This document shows positions 61,995 to 64,000 of a stretch of DNA of 64,000 nucleotides, one piece after another. The stretch's first letter is position 1, and each line of letters opens with the position of its first letter. This DNA is from Macrostomum lignano. Taxonomy: Eukaryota. The DNA is taken from contig NIVC01001121.1 of NCBI GenBank assembly GCA_002269645.1, positions 1 to 64,000 of the forward strand. The letters are read 5' to 3'. The translations under genes and the position numbers were made by a program. The notes beneath the pieces are model-generated. The model saw nothing but the letters and a program-made list of their open reading frames with translations. It was not told where the DNA came from and searched no databases.

Positions 61995-63125
61995 TCTTAG
62001 TCAATAGTCACTTTGTCATCTGCCATTTTGTCATCTGGGGTGTCTGGGGTGCTCACCTCGACTAGGGCCACTTCGTCATATTAATTAGCATGCACTATCT
62101 CAAGAGAGTCATTTTGTCATCTACCAATCATATTAGTTTATACTTCCAAGTTAATTAATATGGCAATTAAACATATTTACTTGGAATCCTAATGTCATAG
62201 TGATGATCCTGACAATCATTTGCCTTTGGTTTCCTACTCTAAGTTATTTAAACCTGGACCAATAGGCCACCTATAACACGTTGGCCACCCATCTAACAGT
62301 CAACCATTCACCAAGCTTTCCCCCATTAGCACTTCGGCAATATCCTCTATTGGATAACACACTACTACCCTAGGCCTATATAGAACTCTGTGAACTCTTG
62401 CGAGAACTCTGTGAGCTTGTTGTTGGACTCTAAAAAGTTCAAAAAGGGGTTTAAATAATTTAGAGCAGGAAACTGAAGGATTGCCATGATCCCAATCATT
62501 TTGTCATCTCAGATTCTCAATTGATAGAACCTGTCAATCAATTGGTTGTGCTTGCCATAGCTTATATTTAATGAAAACAAAAATAGTTTATACTAATTCA
62601 AATCTCACACAGATTGATTGGTTGATAATGACAAAATATCTAATATAGAGGGCCTAATTAAATATTTGGTCACTTTGTCATTTTTTTAATTCATCAACTA
62701 GTAAATTTGACAGCACTGTATAGTATATGGACTATGTGCAGCTGTTTCAATGGATAGACAGATAAAATAGATTTATAAAACCAATAAATAGAGCCATGTC
62801 ATTGTAATACTGGTTTTTAGGCATAGGACCTGCCTTTTACTATTGCCAGATTAGCAAATCTCTATCACTAGAATGTCTTTTTGATGGATTGACTGGAAAA
62901 AAGAGACAATAGCGCATACCACCCAGCAGTCTACCATGTACAAACATGATAAAATATGAGATACAATAAAATTAAAAAAACAATTAAACCAAGAATCTTC
63001 CATGTCAACAACCAGCAATTCAAGTACTAATTAGGAAAGGTTGACAAGTTTACCTGGATCCTTTGCTTCAGGTCACTTTGTCATCCAATATGACAAAATG
63101 GAATATGACAATCTGACCAGTGACC
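61995..63125 (+). mobile_element. Second, interrupted copy of the GTCAYTTYGTCAT dispersed repeat
   Basis: Matches 19120-19545 in three blocks separated by unrelated inserts (about 62200-62480 and 62700-63060). Confidence 0.75.
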
Positions 63126-63687
63126 CCTATTTACATTCTATCTTAATCTTGGTTTTAAAATTTGAAATATCAAAAAAGTCAAGATTTGCAATTACCAACA
63201 CCCAAGAAGGTATAAATTATAGCAAAAAATTCCAGCATATATAAACAAAAATGTGCACAAAGTGGCATATAAGGTGCACAACAAAAGCCTAGCAGAAATT
63301 TCTAATGCATAGTAGTAGATAGCAAAAGCTAATCAAAAAGATTTAGCTTAGTCAGCTCACAACAGGTCACCTAAAATGTATAATCTATATATATAGTATT
63401 CCCTACATGAAATATATGTTTTTAGACATATTTTTTCAAGGCATAATTGAATGATCTGTCAATTAGATAATTTTTTATAAAATAACATTACCATGTCATA
63501 AAGTTTTAGCCACTATATTTTGATAATTTTCAATATGAGCAAAAATATAGCATGGAGTTTTAAATTTTAAAAAGGTTTTAAAAAGCAACAAAAATTGATC
63601 TGTTATTTTAAACTTTGAGTTAATCCAAATTTTACTAGATTTTTTAGTATTATTGTCTGGGTTATTTGTGCAAATGGGTGCAAATAG

Positions 63688-63897
63688 CATCCTGGTCTTA
63701 AAAATCGCACCCTGAAATTTGACTCAGGGTGCGAAAAGTGCACCAGAATTTTTTGCAAGGATGTGATGCGGATTTCACAATTTTATGGACATCAAATAGT
63801 GTTATGTTAGACCAGTTTTTGTCTGCAGCAGTGCAGCGCATCCTGGTCTTGAAAATTACACCCTGAAATCTAGCACAGGGTACGAAATTGCACCCAA
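63688..63897. repeat. Two about 60-bp direct repeats, each with an internal CACCCTG..CAGGGT hairpin
   Basis: ATCCTGGTCTTRAAAAT..CACCCTGAAAT....CAGGGT.CGAAA.TGCACC at about 63688 and 63840. Confidence 0.7.
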
Positions 63898-64000
63898 GTT
63901 ATGGACAAAAAAACCCAGATTATTGTGCACTAGTGCTTTGCACTATGCATAGGCCTACACTTATATGTCAATGAATGATAAGAATTAGTTCCCTTAAAAT

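Overview
Eukaryotic (metazoan) genomic DNA with GC-rich spliced exons and introns filled by 13-48 bp minisatellites. This architecture resembles the free-living flatworm Macrostomum lignano (inference only). Genes: a giant Ser/Thr/Glu tandem-repeat mucin-like ORF (minus, runs off the left edge), TADA2B/Ada2b (minus), an intronless SARNP/Tho1 ORF (plus), CLINT1/epsinR (minus, 9 coding exons reconstructed by hand), two tandem K2P two-pore potassium channel paralogues (plus) and the probable first coding exon of PCF11 (plus). Mobile DNA: two decayed mariners, one carrying a nested 9-bp-TSD foldback (MULE-like) element, an internally deleted IR/DR Tc1-like element, an 8-bp-TSD hAT-type MITE and other decayed repeats. 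The most unusual signals are: (1) dense TA-flanked motifs (TAGGCCTA and variants, TACATGTA, TACTCGTA) that look like DNA-transposon excision footprints; (2) patchy CpG decay next to CpG-retaining islands; (3) a TGTCAG core shared by six minisatellites, several of whose units look like amplified splice-site modules. No CRISPR, rRNA or tRNA was recognised. Several single-base frameshifts are probably long-read consensus errors. All counts were made by eye.
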